IMG/VR virus record: IMGVR_UViG_3300033049_000033
Coordinates: 1 to 64,000 of that record
Strand: one strand, 5' to 3'
DNA length: 64,000 nt
DNA from: a virus
Lineage: Duplodnaviria > Heunggongvirae > Uroviricota > Caudoviricetes
Below the pieces are notes generated by a model, which had not been told where the DNA came from, made no database searches, and saw only the letters and a program-made list of their open reading frames with translations. The position numbers and the translations under genes are program-made. Below, piece by piece: positions 46,398 through 56,204 of the stretch (position 1 is the first letter of the stretch; every line of letters starts with the position of its first letter).

Positions 46398-46607
46398 ATG
46401 GCTAAGAAAACTGAAAAAAGATTTAAGGTTTGGATTCATATTGAAGAGCAAACTAATGTTAAGGATGGTTTAGGTGAGGGATTAGATGATGTTACCTACG
46501 AAGACTTAGAGGAAACGATGAGTGCTGGAACATTTCTTACAGAAGATGAAGCGTGTAAACACATGGACTACCTTAATGCGATGTACATGACAAGTGGGAA
46601 TGCCTAA
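46398..46607 (+). CDS. hypothetical protein
   Basis: 69 aa from MAKKTEKRF after a family-B promoter. Confidence 0.4.
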   Translation: MAKKTEKRFKVWIHIEEQTNVKDGLGEGLDDVTYEDLEETMSAGTFLTEDEACKHMDYLNAMYMTSGNA

Positions 46608-46642
46608 GGATTTTGAGATTATTTTTACAAAAACTACAATAG

Positions 46643-46981
46643 ATGAGTGAGAAGGTAGAAGATTTAGGGTTACATTTCAGTTGTACTGGAATGGTATTGG
46701 GTAATATGTGGGGTGGGGGGAGTGGTGTCTATGAGACACGTCTTTTTGAGGCTGAAAATTACGACACATTAGTTAAGATAGTAGAGGAGGCGTTTTATGA
46801 TAGAACTTTAGACAAGGGGTTCGGTTTTGAGAGTCTGGTAGGAGCATTCATGGTAGTAACGGAAAGTCGTTCAATCAAGTATAAGGGTCTTAACTACGTT
46901 ACCAAATTGTATCGAGATTTTGAAGTGGGACACTTGGAAGAAGAGAGCCTATTGACTATTCAATCATTAGTAGGATATTAA
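46643..46981 (+). CDS. hypothetical protein
   Basis: 112 aa ORF. Confidence 0.4.
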   Translation: MSEKVEDLGLHFSCTGMVLGNMWGGGSGVYETRLFEAENYDTLVKIVEEAFYDRTLDKGFGFESLVGAFMVVTESRSIKYKGLNYVTKLYRDFEVGHLEEESLLTIQSLVGY

Positions 46982-47044
46982 AAATAAATTTGGTGGTTAC
47001 GAATTAATTACTACCTTTGTATTAAACAATTAAAACATAAAACA

Positions 47045-47233
47045 ATGACGTGGAAGGAAATGTTAGCAGACCTCAAATTATTGAGTGAAGAACAACTGAA
47101 TCAGGATGCAACTGTATGCCTAATGGATATGGAGGAAGCCATCAAGATTGAGCGATTTGGTGAAATTACCGATGAACACAAATTGGATGGTGTGTTGGAT
47201 GATGGGCATATTATTCTCGAAATAGATTTTTGA
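47045..47233 (+). CDS. hypothetical protein
   Basis: 62 aa acidic ORF. Confidence 0.35.
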   Translation: MTWKEMLADLKLLSEEQLNQDATVCLMDMEEAIKIERFGEITDEHKLDGVLDDGHIILEIDF

Positions 47234-47234
47234 T

Positions 47235-47597
47235 ATGAAATTCATAAGACTATTCTTAACAGGTACAGAGCGTCAAACTAATGCCGCGTACAACAAGATA
47301 TTCAGACTATTACCATCGACTGAAACAAGTCTATGTGAATTTGATGTTGAAGAAGAGAATATGTATGTAGTTGAACTGAACATTCAACCCGACAATGTGG
47401 TTGGTCAGATGAATAAGATACCCTTGGTATCGGCTGAAGTAATTGAGTTTCCTGAAGAGGTGCAAGCTATCATTGATACCTTTGTCGATGAGACCTATAC
47501 GGAGTGTACGAGGATTGAAAATGAATTGAAACCATTGGGTTGGACATTTAATTGGTATCTGGATGCTATACCGTATTACATAAGAAAAATCAAATAA
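47235..47597 (+). CDS. hypothetical protein
   Basis: 120 aa ORF. Confidence 0.4.
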   Translation: MKFIRLFLTGTERQTNAAYNKIFRLLPSTETSLCEFDVEEENMYVVELNIQPDNVVGQMNKIPLVSAEVIEFPEEVQAIIDTFVDETYTECTRIENELKPLGWTFNWYLDAIPYYIRKIK

Positions 47598-47608
47598 ACT
47601 TTACTGAT

Positions 47609-47893
47609 ATGAAAACAATTACAACTAAGGACATTAAGGCAGGTAATGAACATATAACTTACGCTCAGGAGGGTTCTATTAGTATCAGAGGTAATATCAA
47701 CGAATTAAAGGCTTACGTTGAGGATGTGAATGAAGCTATTAAGGATTCAGGTAATGAATTGCCAAATCGCATTACGGATATGTTCTTTACCATAGAGGTT
47801 GAGTATCAAGCGTTTTATGGTCTCGACTTAGATAATTGGAGTATCGTTAAAGTAGGTGATGAGGTAGAAGAGTTTGTGTCAGAAGGCGAATAA
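47609..47893 (+). CDS. hypothetical protein
   Basis: 94 aa from MKTITTKD. Confidence 0.4.
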   Translation: MKTITTKDIKAGNEHITYAQEGSISIRGNINELKAYVEDVNEAIKDSGNELPNRITDMFFTIEVEYQAFYGLDLDNWSIVKVGDEVEEFVSEGE

Positions 47894-47931
47894 GATTTGG
47901 TAGTCTGGAAATTTATTCTTAATATTACATT

Positions 47932-48516
47932 ATGGAAACAATCGTATCAGTAGAAGTAAACGGAAAGACAATCGAACTGTATCAATCGGAGGGTGATTCT
48001 AGGGATTGGGATAACGCTTGTCAAATGATATTTGCAGGGGGACATAAACATTATGGAGACAAGCATGATGTGGAGTTTGGTGAGTATAATAGTATGCAAC
48101 ACTTCATCGAGCAAGGTGAGGTAGACGTAAGAAAGCAATTGAAGGATGTTGTTGTTTGCGTACCTATCTATTTGTATTCACATTCAGGAGTGACCATATC
48201 AACTTCACCATTTAGTTGTCCGTGGGATAGTGGATGTTGTGGGTTTGCCGTGGTAACTAAAGCCGACATTCGTAAAATGCAAGGTATTAAACGAGTTACC
48301 AAGAAACACATTGACGATGCGGCACGTTACCTTGAAGGTGAAGTTGAGACATTAGCCCAAGAAATAAGTGGTGAAGTATATGGTTTCATCATTGAAGATG
48401 AGGATGGGGAACATGAGGATAGCTGTGGAGGGTTTTACGGTTCAGACTTGGATAAGAATGGTATGAGTGATTACTTAGACCAAGAACAAATTGATGAATT
48501 AACTAACGCATGGTAA
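47932..48516 (+). CDS. hypothetical protein
   Basis: 194 aa ORF. Confidence 0.45.
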   Translation: METIVSVEVNGKTIELYQSEGDSRDWDNACQMIFAGGHKHYGDKHDVEFGEYNSMQHFIEQGEVDVRKQLKDVVVCVPIYLYSHSGVTISTSPFSCPWDSGCCGFAVVTKADIRKMQGIKRVTKKHIDDAARYLEGEVETLAQEISGEVYGFIIEDEDGEHEDSCGGFYGSDLDKNGMSDYLDQEQIDELTNAW

Positions 48517-48577
48517 ATAAATTTGGTAGTATGGAATTTTATCACTATCTTTACAAAGAACTTAAAGACTTAATTAA

Positions 48578-49405
48578 ATGCCTAATCACGTAACGAATAT
48601 TGTAGATTTTTCAGGGATTGATGCAGAAAAAGCTGCACTTGCACTATATGAAGACGGAGAATTTAACTTTGGTTTTGCACCAATGCCTAAAGAACTTGTA
48701 GGGACACGTAGCCCTGCTAAAGTAGTAAGTGAGGCAGAATTAGCTGTAGAGATTGTAGAGTTCGAGGCAAGAGACTATAAGGAAGCGATGGGTCGTAGCT
48801 TCAGCCTCACCCGTGAGCAGAGTGATACGCTTATAATGAAGTATGGGACTAACAATTGGTATGATTGGGCTTGTGATAATTGGGGTACGAAATGGGCAGG
48901 GTACGATGGAGATTTAATCACTCCAACACAGTGTATGTTTCAGACAGCATGGTCAACTCCATTCCCTGCAATGGTTCTATTGAGTTTGAAGTACCCCGAA
49001 GTAACCCTTATAGTTCAATTTTCTGATGAAGATTTCGGTTCTAATGTAGGGACGTATGAAATTTTGAACGGTATTAAGATTGTGGACAATGTACCCGAAT
49101 ATGGGTATGAAAGTCTTGAGATGGCATTCAAAATTCAGGGAGAAAAGGAATATCAATTGGACTGGATTTTTGAACAATTTGAAGATACCAATGAAGGACA
49201 AGAAAAGTTCCATTCTGAATTAGATACTAACGACTACATTGCTTGGGCAGCCGACAAGATAGTAGAACTGAGTTATTTACCTGATGGGCATATATCGGTA
49301 TTTATCCTTAAATACCTTGAAAAACAATCAGTTACGGCACAAAACTTCGAGCTTGCCAAAGATATTAAGGAAAGAATTGATGGAATAGTTGGAGAAACCA
49401 AATAA
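48578..49405 (+). CDS. hypothetical protein
   Basis: 275 aa; NWYDWACDNWGTKW motif of unknown function. Confidence 0.45.
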   Translation: MPNHVTNIVDFSGIDAEKAALALYEDGEFNFGFAPMPKELVGTRSPAKVVSEAELAVEIVEFEARDYKEAMGRSFSLTREQSDTLIMKYGTNNWYDWACDNWGTKWAGYDGDLITPTQCMFQTAWSTPFPAMVLLSLKYPEVTLIVQFSDEDFGSNVGTYEILNGIKIVDNVPEYGYESLEMAFKIQGEKEYQLDWIFEQFEDTNEGQEKFHSELDTNDYIAWAADKIVELSYLPDGHISVFILKYLEKQSVTAQNFELAKDIKERIDGIVGETK

Positions 49406-49590
49406 ATTGCTTACCTTTGTAATACAAGGATGTAACAATAACACGTAGTAACGGATACTACCCCGAACATAGTGGAATACTGTAAGCGCAAGATAGGAGA
49501 TGCCTATACGAGGCCACGATTCAAAAATGATAGCTTACATGCAGAAGGGTTCAGTCGCAATGCCGTTAACATCCAACTAAAAAGAATTAT

Positions 49591-49791
49591 ATGATATTTT
49601 TTACTATACTAATGATGGTCATAAGCATATTCGCTATGATTACCCATATTTTAATCTGCCCATTATTTGGGTTTGGAGCTTGGTTAGCAGGGGTGTTCAA
49701 TGTAACGACTTCAAAATTAATGGAGTACACGTTAGCAGGTATGATATTACCCTATGTAATATTAGCGGTAGTAGGAATCAGTTTAGGTTGA
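49591..49791 (+). CDS. small membrane protein
   Basis: 66 aa; 2-3 TM helices; followed by a terminator. Confidence 0.4.
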   Translation: MIFFTILMMVISIFAMITHILICPLFGFGAWLAGVFNVTTSKLMEYTLAGMILPYVILAVVGISLG

Positions 49792-49823
49792 GACAGGAGT
49801 TTGTCAACTTTAACTTCAGTTTG

Positions 49824-49856
49824 AAAGCCTGCCCTTATGGGTGGGCTTTCTTTTTG
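49824..49856 (+). terminator. rho-independent terminator
   Basis: AAAGCCTGCCC-TTAT-GGGTGGGCTTT then TTTTTG. Confidence 0.65.
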
Positions 49857-49924
49857 AAAAATAAATTTGGTAGTGTGGATTATTATGCGTAGATTTGTTT
49901 CACACTAAAGAAAAACTATAAGAC

Positions 49925-50524
49925 ATGGGGCAATATTATACACCTGCCATATTAGGCAAAGACAAATTCAAAGGCAAGGACTTACAAATCATTTGGCATG
50001 CAAATGCTCATAACTGTAAGAATACTACCACCAGAGGTGATAATAGTACATACGAATCAATTACGGGTTTGAAACTCATGGAACATTCTTGGATGGAAAA
50101 CGGATTCGTTGGATTGGTAGAAGCTCAACTAACCGATGAACCTAAAAGACTGGTCTGGTCTGGTGATTATGCCGAGCCTGAATTTGAAGGTGGTGCTACT
50201 ATAAGTAACCTATGCGAGGAGACTTATAAGTCTATGGAAGCAGCACCAACGCTGAATAATTCAGCTATGGAAGGATTTCCTTTCTTGGTAAACCATTCCA
50301 AAAAGGTGTATGTGGATAAGCGAAATACACCTTTAGATACTGATGGATGGCAAATACATCCATTACCACTATTAACCTGTGAAGGTAACGGTGGAGGTGG
50401 TGGAGACTTCCGAGGTAATGACCCAGACGAGCTAATAGGTAGTTGGGCAAGGGATTTAATCCAAGTAGTTAGCGAAAAGCCAAGCGATGAGTTCAAAGAA
50501 CTGAAATTTAATTTGGTAGAGTAA
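49925..50524 (+). CDS. hypothetical protein
   Basis: 199 aa ORF. Confidence 0.45.
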   Translation: MGQYYTPAILGKDKFKGKDLQIIWHANAHNCKNTTTRGDNSTYESITGLKLMEHSWMENGFVGLVEAQLTDEPKRLVWSGDYAEPEFEGGATISNLCEETYKSMEAAPTLNNSAMEGFPFLVNHSKKVYVDKRNTPLDTDGWQIHPLPLLTCEGNGGGGGDFRGNDPDELIGSWARDLIQVVSEKPSDEFKELKFNLVE

Positions 50525-50573
50525 AATTATTTACCTACCTTTACACCTATAAACGAGATAAACTAAGTAAAAC

Positions 50574-51212
50574 ATGGGATATACCACAAATTTTCAGGGA
50601 GAGTTCGGACTTAATAAGGAACTAACACCAACGCTTAAAACTTTCTTAGAGAAGTTAGCCGATACTAGGCGAATGAGTAGGGTTGTAGATGTTGATTTCG
50701 GTGTGGAGGGTGAGTTCTACGTGGAGAATGATGAATTGGGCGTTACGGATAACAATAATCCTAGTCGCACTCAACCAGGACTATGGTGTCAATGGATTCC
50801 AACCGAAGATGGTATGGGTATTGAGTGGGATTGTAACGAAAAGTTCTACAATTATTCAGAGTGGTTAGTATATATCATAGATACTATTTTAGCCCCTAAC
50901 GGTTATGTGTTAAATGGTACAGTAGAATACCGTGGAGAGGAATTTAGTGATATTGGTGAGTTAGTAGTTGAAGATAACCAAGTGTATTTTAGACCACATA
51001 AGGGGGCTGACATTATGTATGACAAAGACCTTAATCCAAAATCGGTTTGGATGGATAAGGTAGAAACTACCGTAGATGAAGCTGATGTTGACGAAAGTGA
51101 AGATGTGCAATTCCTTAGAACTCTGGTAGTCGAACTGGAAAATGGTATGGGCGATGAGGCGATTCAACTCATTGAGGATAAAATTGAAGAAAAACTTGCA
51201 CAGTCTAAATAA
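50574..51212 (+). CDS. hypothetical protein
   Basis: 212 aa ORF. Confidence 0.45.
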   Translation: MGYTTNFQGEFGLNKELTPTLKTFLEKLADTRRMSRVVDVDFGVEGEFYVENDELGVTDNNNPSRTQPGLWCQWIPTEDGMGIEWDCNEKFYNYSEWLVYIIDTILAPNGYVLNGTVEYRGEEFSDIGELVVEDNQVYFRPHKGADIMYDKDLNPKSVWMDKVETTVDEADVDESEDVQFLRTLVVELENGMGDEAIQLIEDKIEEKLAQSK

Positions 51213-51252
51213 GTTACCTATATTTGTGTCATACTAATCAAAACAACAAACA

Positions 51253-52254
51253 ATGAGCAACGAAACAGTAGAAATGCCTGAGATTAATATTAGTCAAGAG
51301 ACCAAAGATATTCTTGTGGAATTCGGCTTGGATTTCGAAATTCTGAAAAGAGAAAAGGCCATCATTAATGGGGGGTTTAATGTTCTACCTGCAACAGGTG
51401 AAGAGGGCTTAGATTACGCAGCAGACCGTGTACTGGAATTCACTGATGATACCGTATTAACGTTATCGGATTATTACACGTTGATTAATAGTAAGACCAT
51501 GGAGGAGCTGAACTCTGTGAAAGCAGGGTACACAACATCACAAAACAGTGAGATTGTTGAGATGGTACTTCAGGGTATTGCGGTGTTCGGGGACAAACTA
51601 TCTGTATATCAGGCAATGTCAATCAATGGGGGTCGTAAAGTTATGATTCAACTAAAGATTGAGGGTGAAGCTATTGTGGGTAAGGATGTTGTTACACGTT
51701 ATGTAACTATTATTGATAGCAATGATGGTAGTACTGGGCTTAGTGTTGGGGTATCCAATCAAACCTTGAGCTGTATGAATCAGTTTTTCGCATTCTACAA
51801 GGCAGGTAGCCGCTTCCGTCACACGGCAAGTATTAAGCAGAAAATTGCAGCGCTTCCAAGTCTGATTACTTCAGCTATGGATAGTGAGATGCAGATTATC
51901 AGCAGCTTCAGAGATTTTGAGTCAACAGCCGCCACTAATAAATTGGTGAACCAATTAGTTAATAAATTGGTGGGTATTGACCGTACATGCTCTGAGCGTG
52001 AGCTGTCAGAATCTTCAACTAAGAAGATTAACATTATGAATGCCTTGTACGATAATATTGGGCATCAAATGGCTGGGGATGAGAAGGGAAACAATCTTTG
52101 GGGTCTGTTTTCAGGGGTAACACGATGGACAACTTATACCAAGCAAGCTCCTACACGAGAGAATGGTAGAATTGAAAGCTTGGCAGGTGGTACTAACTAT
52201 AAAACCAATATGGATGCTTTCAACTTCTTGAAAGGATATATCGAAAAACTGTAG
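51253..52254 (+). CDS. hypothetical protein
   Basis: 333 aa ORF; no motif. Confidence 0.5.
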   Translation: MSNETVEMPEINISQETKDILVEFGLDFEILKREKAIINGGFNVLPATGEEGLDYAADRVLEFTDDTVLTLSDYYTLINSKTMEELNSVKAGYTTSQNSEIVEMVLQGIAVFGDKLSVYQAMSINGGRKVMIQLKIEGEAIVGKDVVTRYVTIIDSNDGSTGLSVGVSNQTLSCMNQFFAFYKAGSRFRHTASIKQKIAALPSLITSAMDSEMQIISSFRDFESTAATNKLVNQLVNKLVGIDRTCSERELSESSTKKINIMNALYDNIGHQMAGDEKGNNLWGLFSGVTRWTTYTKQAPTRENGRIESLAGGTNYKTNMDAFNFLKGYIEKL

Positions 52255-52295
52255 AATAAATTTGTTTAATTCAAAAAAATTCGTAACTTAGCGAT

Positions 52296-52997
52296 ATGAA
52301 AACCGAAACAAGAAAGCTAATCAATGGTGCAACCCTCACACTCGTGAAGGATAATAGTATGGATTTCCAGAAAGGGGATGTGGTTCTGGTAACAGACCCA
52401 TGCTATTGGTTCGATGAGGAAGACAAGGAAGCAGGGTTTGACCTATGGGCTGAGTTCAATTGTGTAATGTTCCCAGAGAACTGGAGTACGCAACCTGATA
52501 AAGATAAACTTTGGAAATATTGTACCGTTAAGTATGTAACACGAGAGGGTGTGGAAACTAATTTCCTAATGACCTCTACGGCACATGGGGACGGGTGTTA
52601 TGATGTTGGAGGGGACGGTGGAACTGAGAGAGTCTCTGGTGGAGAAACGGCAGTTGACGCAGGGTGTTTTGCCGTTGTGAAACTGGAGGAAGCAAAACGT
52701 TTTAAGAGCTTCAGGTCTAACTTGGAGACGACAAGCGGCACTGTTATAAGATTCCTCAAAGATGGACAAGTGAATGTGGACGGGGAGAGTATGACGGGGA
52801 GTATTGAGTGTGATACCGACCCTGATTGTAATTGTAATATGTGTGGTGAGAGTGCAGAGTGGTGTGAGTGTAACGATGACTTCTGTGAGGTGTGTGGTGA
52901 AAGTGAAGATAAGTTTAATTGTTTGTGTGAAGACTGTGATTCGTGTGGTGAGAAAATCGAATATCAAGAAACGTGCAATTGTAATGATGAGGGTTAA
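52296..52997 (+). CDS. hypothetical protein with acidic Cys-rich C-terminus
   Basis: 233 aa; last 60 aa CDTDPDCNCNMCGESAEWCECNDDFCEVCGESEDKFNCLCEDCDSCGEK. Confidence 0.45.
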   Translation: MKTETRKLINGATLTLVKDNSMDFQKGDVVLVTDPCYWFDEEDKEAGFDLWAEFNCVMFPENWSTQPDKDKLWKYCTVKYVTREGVETNFLMTSTAHGDGCYDVGGDGGTERVSGGETAVDAGCFAVVKLEEAKRFKSFRSNLETTSGTVIRFLKDGQVNVDGESMTGSIECDTDPDCNCNMCGESAEWCECNDDFCEVCGESEDKFNCLCEDCDSCGEKIEYQETCNCNDEG

Positions 52998-52999
52998 GA

Positions 53000-53260
53000 A
53001 TGAGTGTATATGTGGGAGGATTGGTCATCAAGGGGATAGCCTTTGAGATACATGGTGAGAGATATATGCATCCTGAATTGGATTGTCATGGTCAAAGATT
53101 ACATAATGGATACGATTATTATGATGTGTACACTATGGGTACCAAATTGGGGTGTCTGGATTGTATAAATGAAGGTCATCCGTTTTATAAGTTACCAACA
53201 GTAGAAGAACTAAAGAAATATTTGGATGGTAAGGATTTTTTTAGTACCTTTAACCCATAA
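53000..53260 (+). CDS. hypothetical protein
   Basis: 86 aa ORF. Confidence 0.4.
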   Translation: MSVYVGGLVIKGIAFEIHGERYMHPELDCHGQRLHNGYDYYDVYTMGTKLGCLDCINEGHPFYKLPTVEELKKYLDGKDFFSTFNP

Positions 53261-53272
53261 TCAAACAATAAG

Positions 53273-53536
53273 ATGAATACAGAACTACAATCATTATTTG
53301 ATAATCCACTATTCAGTCAATGGACAGGTAGCGGCAAGGTTGTAACCATTTATGATGATGAAGGTACGTTTATCGTACTGGTAAATCAGGGTAAAAAGAA
53401 TGGTGAGCACACTTATGACATCTTTAGATTTTTTAGCTTCGGCAATTTAGAGGTTTGGAATGTGAGCTGTGATTATGAAGGATGTGATACTAAAGAAGCA
53501 ATGGATAATATGACCAAATATTACACAGGACAATAA
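53273..53536 (+). CDS. hypothetical protein
   Basis: 87 aa ORF. Confidence 0.4.
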   Translation: MNTELQSLFDNPLFSQWTGSGKVVTIYDDEGTFIVLVNQGKKNGEHTYDIFRFFSFGNLEVWNVSCDYEGCDTKEAMDNMTKYYTGQ

Positions 53537-53727
53537 TGGAAGAACTTTACATTCGAGCTATCAAGGGAGCGATTCTTAAGCTCAAGAACCCAAAGACATC
53601 TGAAGAAGACCGCACTGAAGCAATGAGGGCAGCAGGTAGGAATTTAGGTAAACTCAGGTTAATAAATGAGGGGTTTTATCTTGACTTATTAGAGGAATAT
53701 AAAACGGTAATACCTTATGACGGGTGA
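53536..53727 (+). CDS. hypothetical protein
   Basis: 63 aa ORF. Confidence 0.35.
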   Translation: MEELYIRAIKGAILKLKNPKTSEEDRTEAMRAAGRNLGKLRLINEGFYLDLLEEYKTVIPYDG

Positions 53728-53730
53728 ATC

Positions 53731-54414
53731 TTAAAATTCGTCCCTCTTTATATATCTATTGTTATAACTACATAGAGGTTGTTGATTTTTGAAATGGCAT
53801 AGTTCTAATAATTCGTTTTCCGTATTCGCTGTTGATAATGGAATTATATGGTCTAAATCCCAACCATGATTAAGTTCTCCATTATATTTACCATAGTTAT
53901 CCCAATCCATCCAATCCTCCCATTGTGACTCAATATGTAGTTTGAATTCTTCGTAAGTACATCCCAGTATTTTATATGTCGTAGAAGTCTTAGAGTATCC
54001 CTTATCTTTGAGTAATATAGAAATCCTACTTCTTAAATTAATTGTCAGTTTATATAGTGGGTCTTTTGCCACCCTATTAGTACGATAATTTCTATTGTAT
54101 TCTCTAATTTTTTCTCTATTGGAGTCATAGTACTTTTTCTTTGCTAATTTTGTTTGTTCTGGTCGTTCTCTGTTATAAGCTACTAACCTATCTTTATTCT
54201 TTTTTGCGTATTGCTTAGTCGTTTCTTTAATTGTATCTTTATTAATAATACGATATTCTTTGATATAAGCCTTTATATGTTCCTTATTAGCTTCACGCCA
54301 TTTTCTTCTTCTTATTAATCGCGCTTCTTTGGTTTGTTTCATTATGTTGTTTTTATATAAATATGGGGGAACTTGTAAAAATGTTAAGGAATGCATGAAG
54401 ACCTCCAGAAACAA
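53731..54414 (-). CDS. HNH homing endonuclease (paralog 4)
   Basis: basic repeats; GCTYEEFKLHIESQWEDWMDWDNYG...WDLDHIIPLSTA...NQQPLC. Confidence 0.8.
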   Translation of the reverse strand: MFLEVFMHSLTFLQVPPYLYKNNIMKQTKEARLIRRRKWREANKEHIKAYIKEYRIINKDTIKETTKQYAKKNKDRLVAYNRERPEQTKLAKKKYYDSNREKIREYNRNYRTNRVAKDPLYKLTINLRSRISILLKDKGYSKTSTTYKILGCTYEEFKLHIESQWEDWMDWDNYGKYNGELNHGWDLDHIIPLSTANTENELLELCHFKNQQPLCSYNNRYIKRDEF

Positions 54415-54436
54415 TATATCGCTTGTTTACCAGTAT

Positions 54437-54472
54437 AATTTGGTAGTGTCGGATTAATTGCTTACCTTTAGA
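54437..54472 (+). promoter_or_regulatory. family-B promoter AATTTGGTAGTGTCGGATTAATTGCTTACCTTTA
   Basis: TTTG 54439-54442; TACCTTTA 54463-54470; ATG at 54475. Confidence 0.6.
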
Positions 54473-54474
54473 CT

Positions 54475-54768
54475 ATGAAAAAATTACTACTATTACTATT
54501 TGTAGGAGCATTGGGCTTCACATCTTGCGAACTGCCTATTAAGCCAGTTGACGACCCTAAACACAGCACTAACGTGACTCTATTGGAAGCCGTGAAAGAT
54601 ACTGTGCCTGTCCTGATTCAGGATAACATTATCTATGTGTTCAATGAAGATGGCCATGTTGAGTATAAGGTAACCCAATACGACCCATCTGATACGTTCG
54701 GTGGAGGTGTTATTATGTGTTTTATTATGTGTGTCATTTTTTTAATATTCATTATGTTTAATAATTAG
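54475..54768 (+). CDS. hypothetical exported protein with C-terminal TM
   Basis: 97 aa; signal/lipobox-like LLLLFVGALGFTSC; C-terminal hydrophobic tail. Confidence 0.45.
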   Translation: MKKLLLLLFVGALGFTSCELPIKPVDDPKHSTNVTLLEAVKDTVPVLIQDNIIYVFNEDGHVEYKVTQYDPSDTFGGGVIMCFIMCVIFLIFIMFNN

Positions 54769-54773
54769 TAATC

Positions 54774-54959
54774 ATGGCTGAACAAGAACAAAATCAAGAA
54801 TTACGTTGCTGCTGTTGTGGTAGTGATGATATTGAATTGAAGGTGTGGAAGAACTTGAAGACAGGTCATATTGATGATTCTGCGGCTGATGGGGACGATG
54901 ACCACTTCTGCAATAACTGTGAAGTGCATGGACAATTTGAATGGGTAGATGTGGATTAA
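54774..54959 (+). CDS. small zinc-ribbon protein
   Basis: 61 aa; CCCCGSDD...CNNCEVHG; paralog of the 59049 ORF. Confidence 0.4.
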   Translation: MAEQEQNQELRCCCCGSDDIELKVWKNLKTGHIDDSAADGDDDHFCNNCEVHGQFEWVDVD

Positions 54960-54987
54960 CTAAATTTTTATATCTTTGTGGTGATGG

Positions 54988-55407
54988 ATGATGAGTATAG
55001 ATACGGGATTAAAAGATATAAACAATCGAATTCCAAAGATAAATGAGGGTGGGTGTGGAGTGTTCGCTATCCTATTATGGAATGAACTCCGACAGTTGGA
55101 TATATGGACACGACCAATAGCCTTTATGGATAAGAAGCCCGTCTGGTCATTGTATCATGTGGCACTTAAATATGACGGTTATTACTTTGATAGTGATGGA
55201 GTACACGAGGAAATGACCAAATATGGATATAATATCGAGGAGTGTATGCCACTAGACGTGTTACAAGTTGAAGCTAGTGATGAGGCTCTATGGTCTTCTG
55301 GATTTGACCGAGCATTTATACCCAATTTAAGGTCAGAGCTTCGAACATTGGGATTTAGAGTGCTCACCCAGAAGAGGGAAATGGATATAATGGCAACTAA
55401 TTTTTAA
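54988..55407 (+). CDS. hypothetical protein
   Basis: 139 aa ORF. Confidence 0.4.
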   Translation: MMSIDTGLKDINNRIPKINEGGCGVFAILLWNELRQLDIWTRPIAFMDKKPVWSLYHVALKYDGYYFDSDGVHEEMTKYGYNIEECMPLDVLQVEASDEALWSSGFDRAFIPNLRSELRTLGFRVLTQKREMDIMATNF

Positions 55408-55420
55408 GATAATGAGAATT

Positions 55421-55458
55421 AATTTGGTAGTGTGGATTTAATTTGTATCTTTGTATTA
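55421..55458 (+). promoter_or_regulatory. family-B promoter AATTTGGTAGTGTGGATTTAATTTGTATCTTTG
   Basis: TTTG 55423-55426; TATCTTTG 55446-55453. Confidence 0.6.
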
Positions 55459-55471
55459 AACAATTAAAACA

Positions 55472-55702
55472 ATGAAACGAAAATTATATTACACGGTAGA
55501 TATAGAGTTCTACGATGGGAACGTTGAAATGGGTCCTACTGGTCATAAGCAAGTTAATGTCTATGAAGCTATCGACAACGAAATAAAACCGTTGGTATTG
55601 GGAATAGATGCTGACTTGAGTGATGTATCTATCGAGGTTATTCAGAACTGGTTAGAAGATAACGGTTTTGGTGATGTTTATTACGAAACAATTGCACTAT
55701 AA
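55472..55702 (+). CDS. hypothetical protein
   Basis: 76 aa ORF. Confidence 0.4.
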   Translation: MKRKLYYTVDIEFYDGNVEMGPTGHKQVNVYEAIDNEIKPLVLGIDADLSDVSIEVIQNWLEDNGFGDVYYETIAL

Positions 55703-55711
55703 TAATACACT

Positions 55712-56176
55712 ATGGGAACAAGAAGCCTAACAAAATTTATTCAGACTTACAAAGATGGGAAGTCTGGAAAAATAAAGAACCAAAAGATTGCCAGTGTTTA
55801 CCGACAGTTCGATGGTTATCCATCGGGACATGGTTTGGAGTTGGCAGAATTCTTAACCAGTGGTACATTAGTTAATGGTATTGGAGGTGGACACAACAAA
55901 GTGTTCAATGGTGTTGGCTGTATGGCTGCCCAGATGGTTGCAGAATTCAAAGATGGAGCTGGTGGTATCTACTTACGTAACCCTTCAACTATTGCGAACT
56001 GGGAAGATTACGAGTATCTAGTATATGGAGACTTCGATACCCAAGAGATTAGACTTAAAGTAAGAAGTATTGGAGGGTATCACGATAACGTCAAAGACAA
56101 GTGGGTTTCCAAAGGTAAGACTATCTTTGATGGTACACCTGCCGAATTCCTTAATAGTAAACTGGTAGAAGAGTAA
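55712..56176 (+). CDS. hypothetical protein
   Basis: 154 aa; Gly-rich. Confidence 0.45.
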   Translation: MGTRSLTKFIQTYKDGKSGKIKNQKIASVYRQFDGYPSGHGLELAEFLTSGTLVNGIGGGHNKVFNGVGCMAAQMVAEFKDGAGGIYLRNPSTIANWEDYEYLVYGDFDTQEIRLKVRSIGGYHDNVKDKWVSKGKTIFDGTPAEFLNSKLVEE

Positions 56177-56204
56177 TTATGTACACAAATGTGTACATAA
56201 GAAC

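Noticed and set aside
745-52967. Numerous antisense ORFs of 60-165 aa inside annotated genes (for example 745-942, 2753-3094, 21274-21771, 21401-21859, 31704-32378, 41615-42037, 52566-52967)
   Set aside because: They lie fully within, and antisense or out of frame to, longer ORFs with recognisable domains or chain context. Their low-complexity Ser/Leu-rich composition is typical of spurious AT-rich reading frames.
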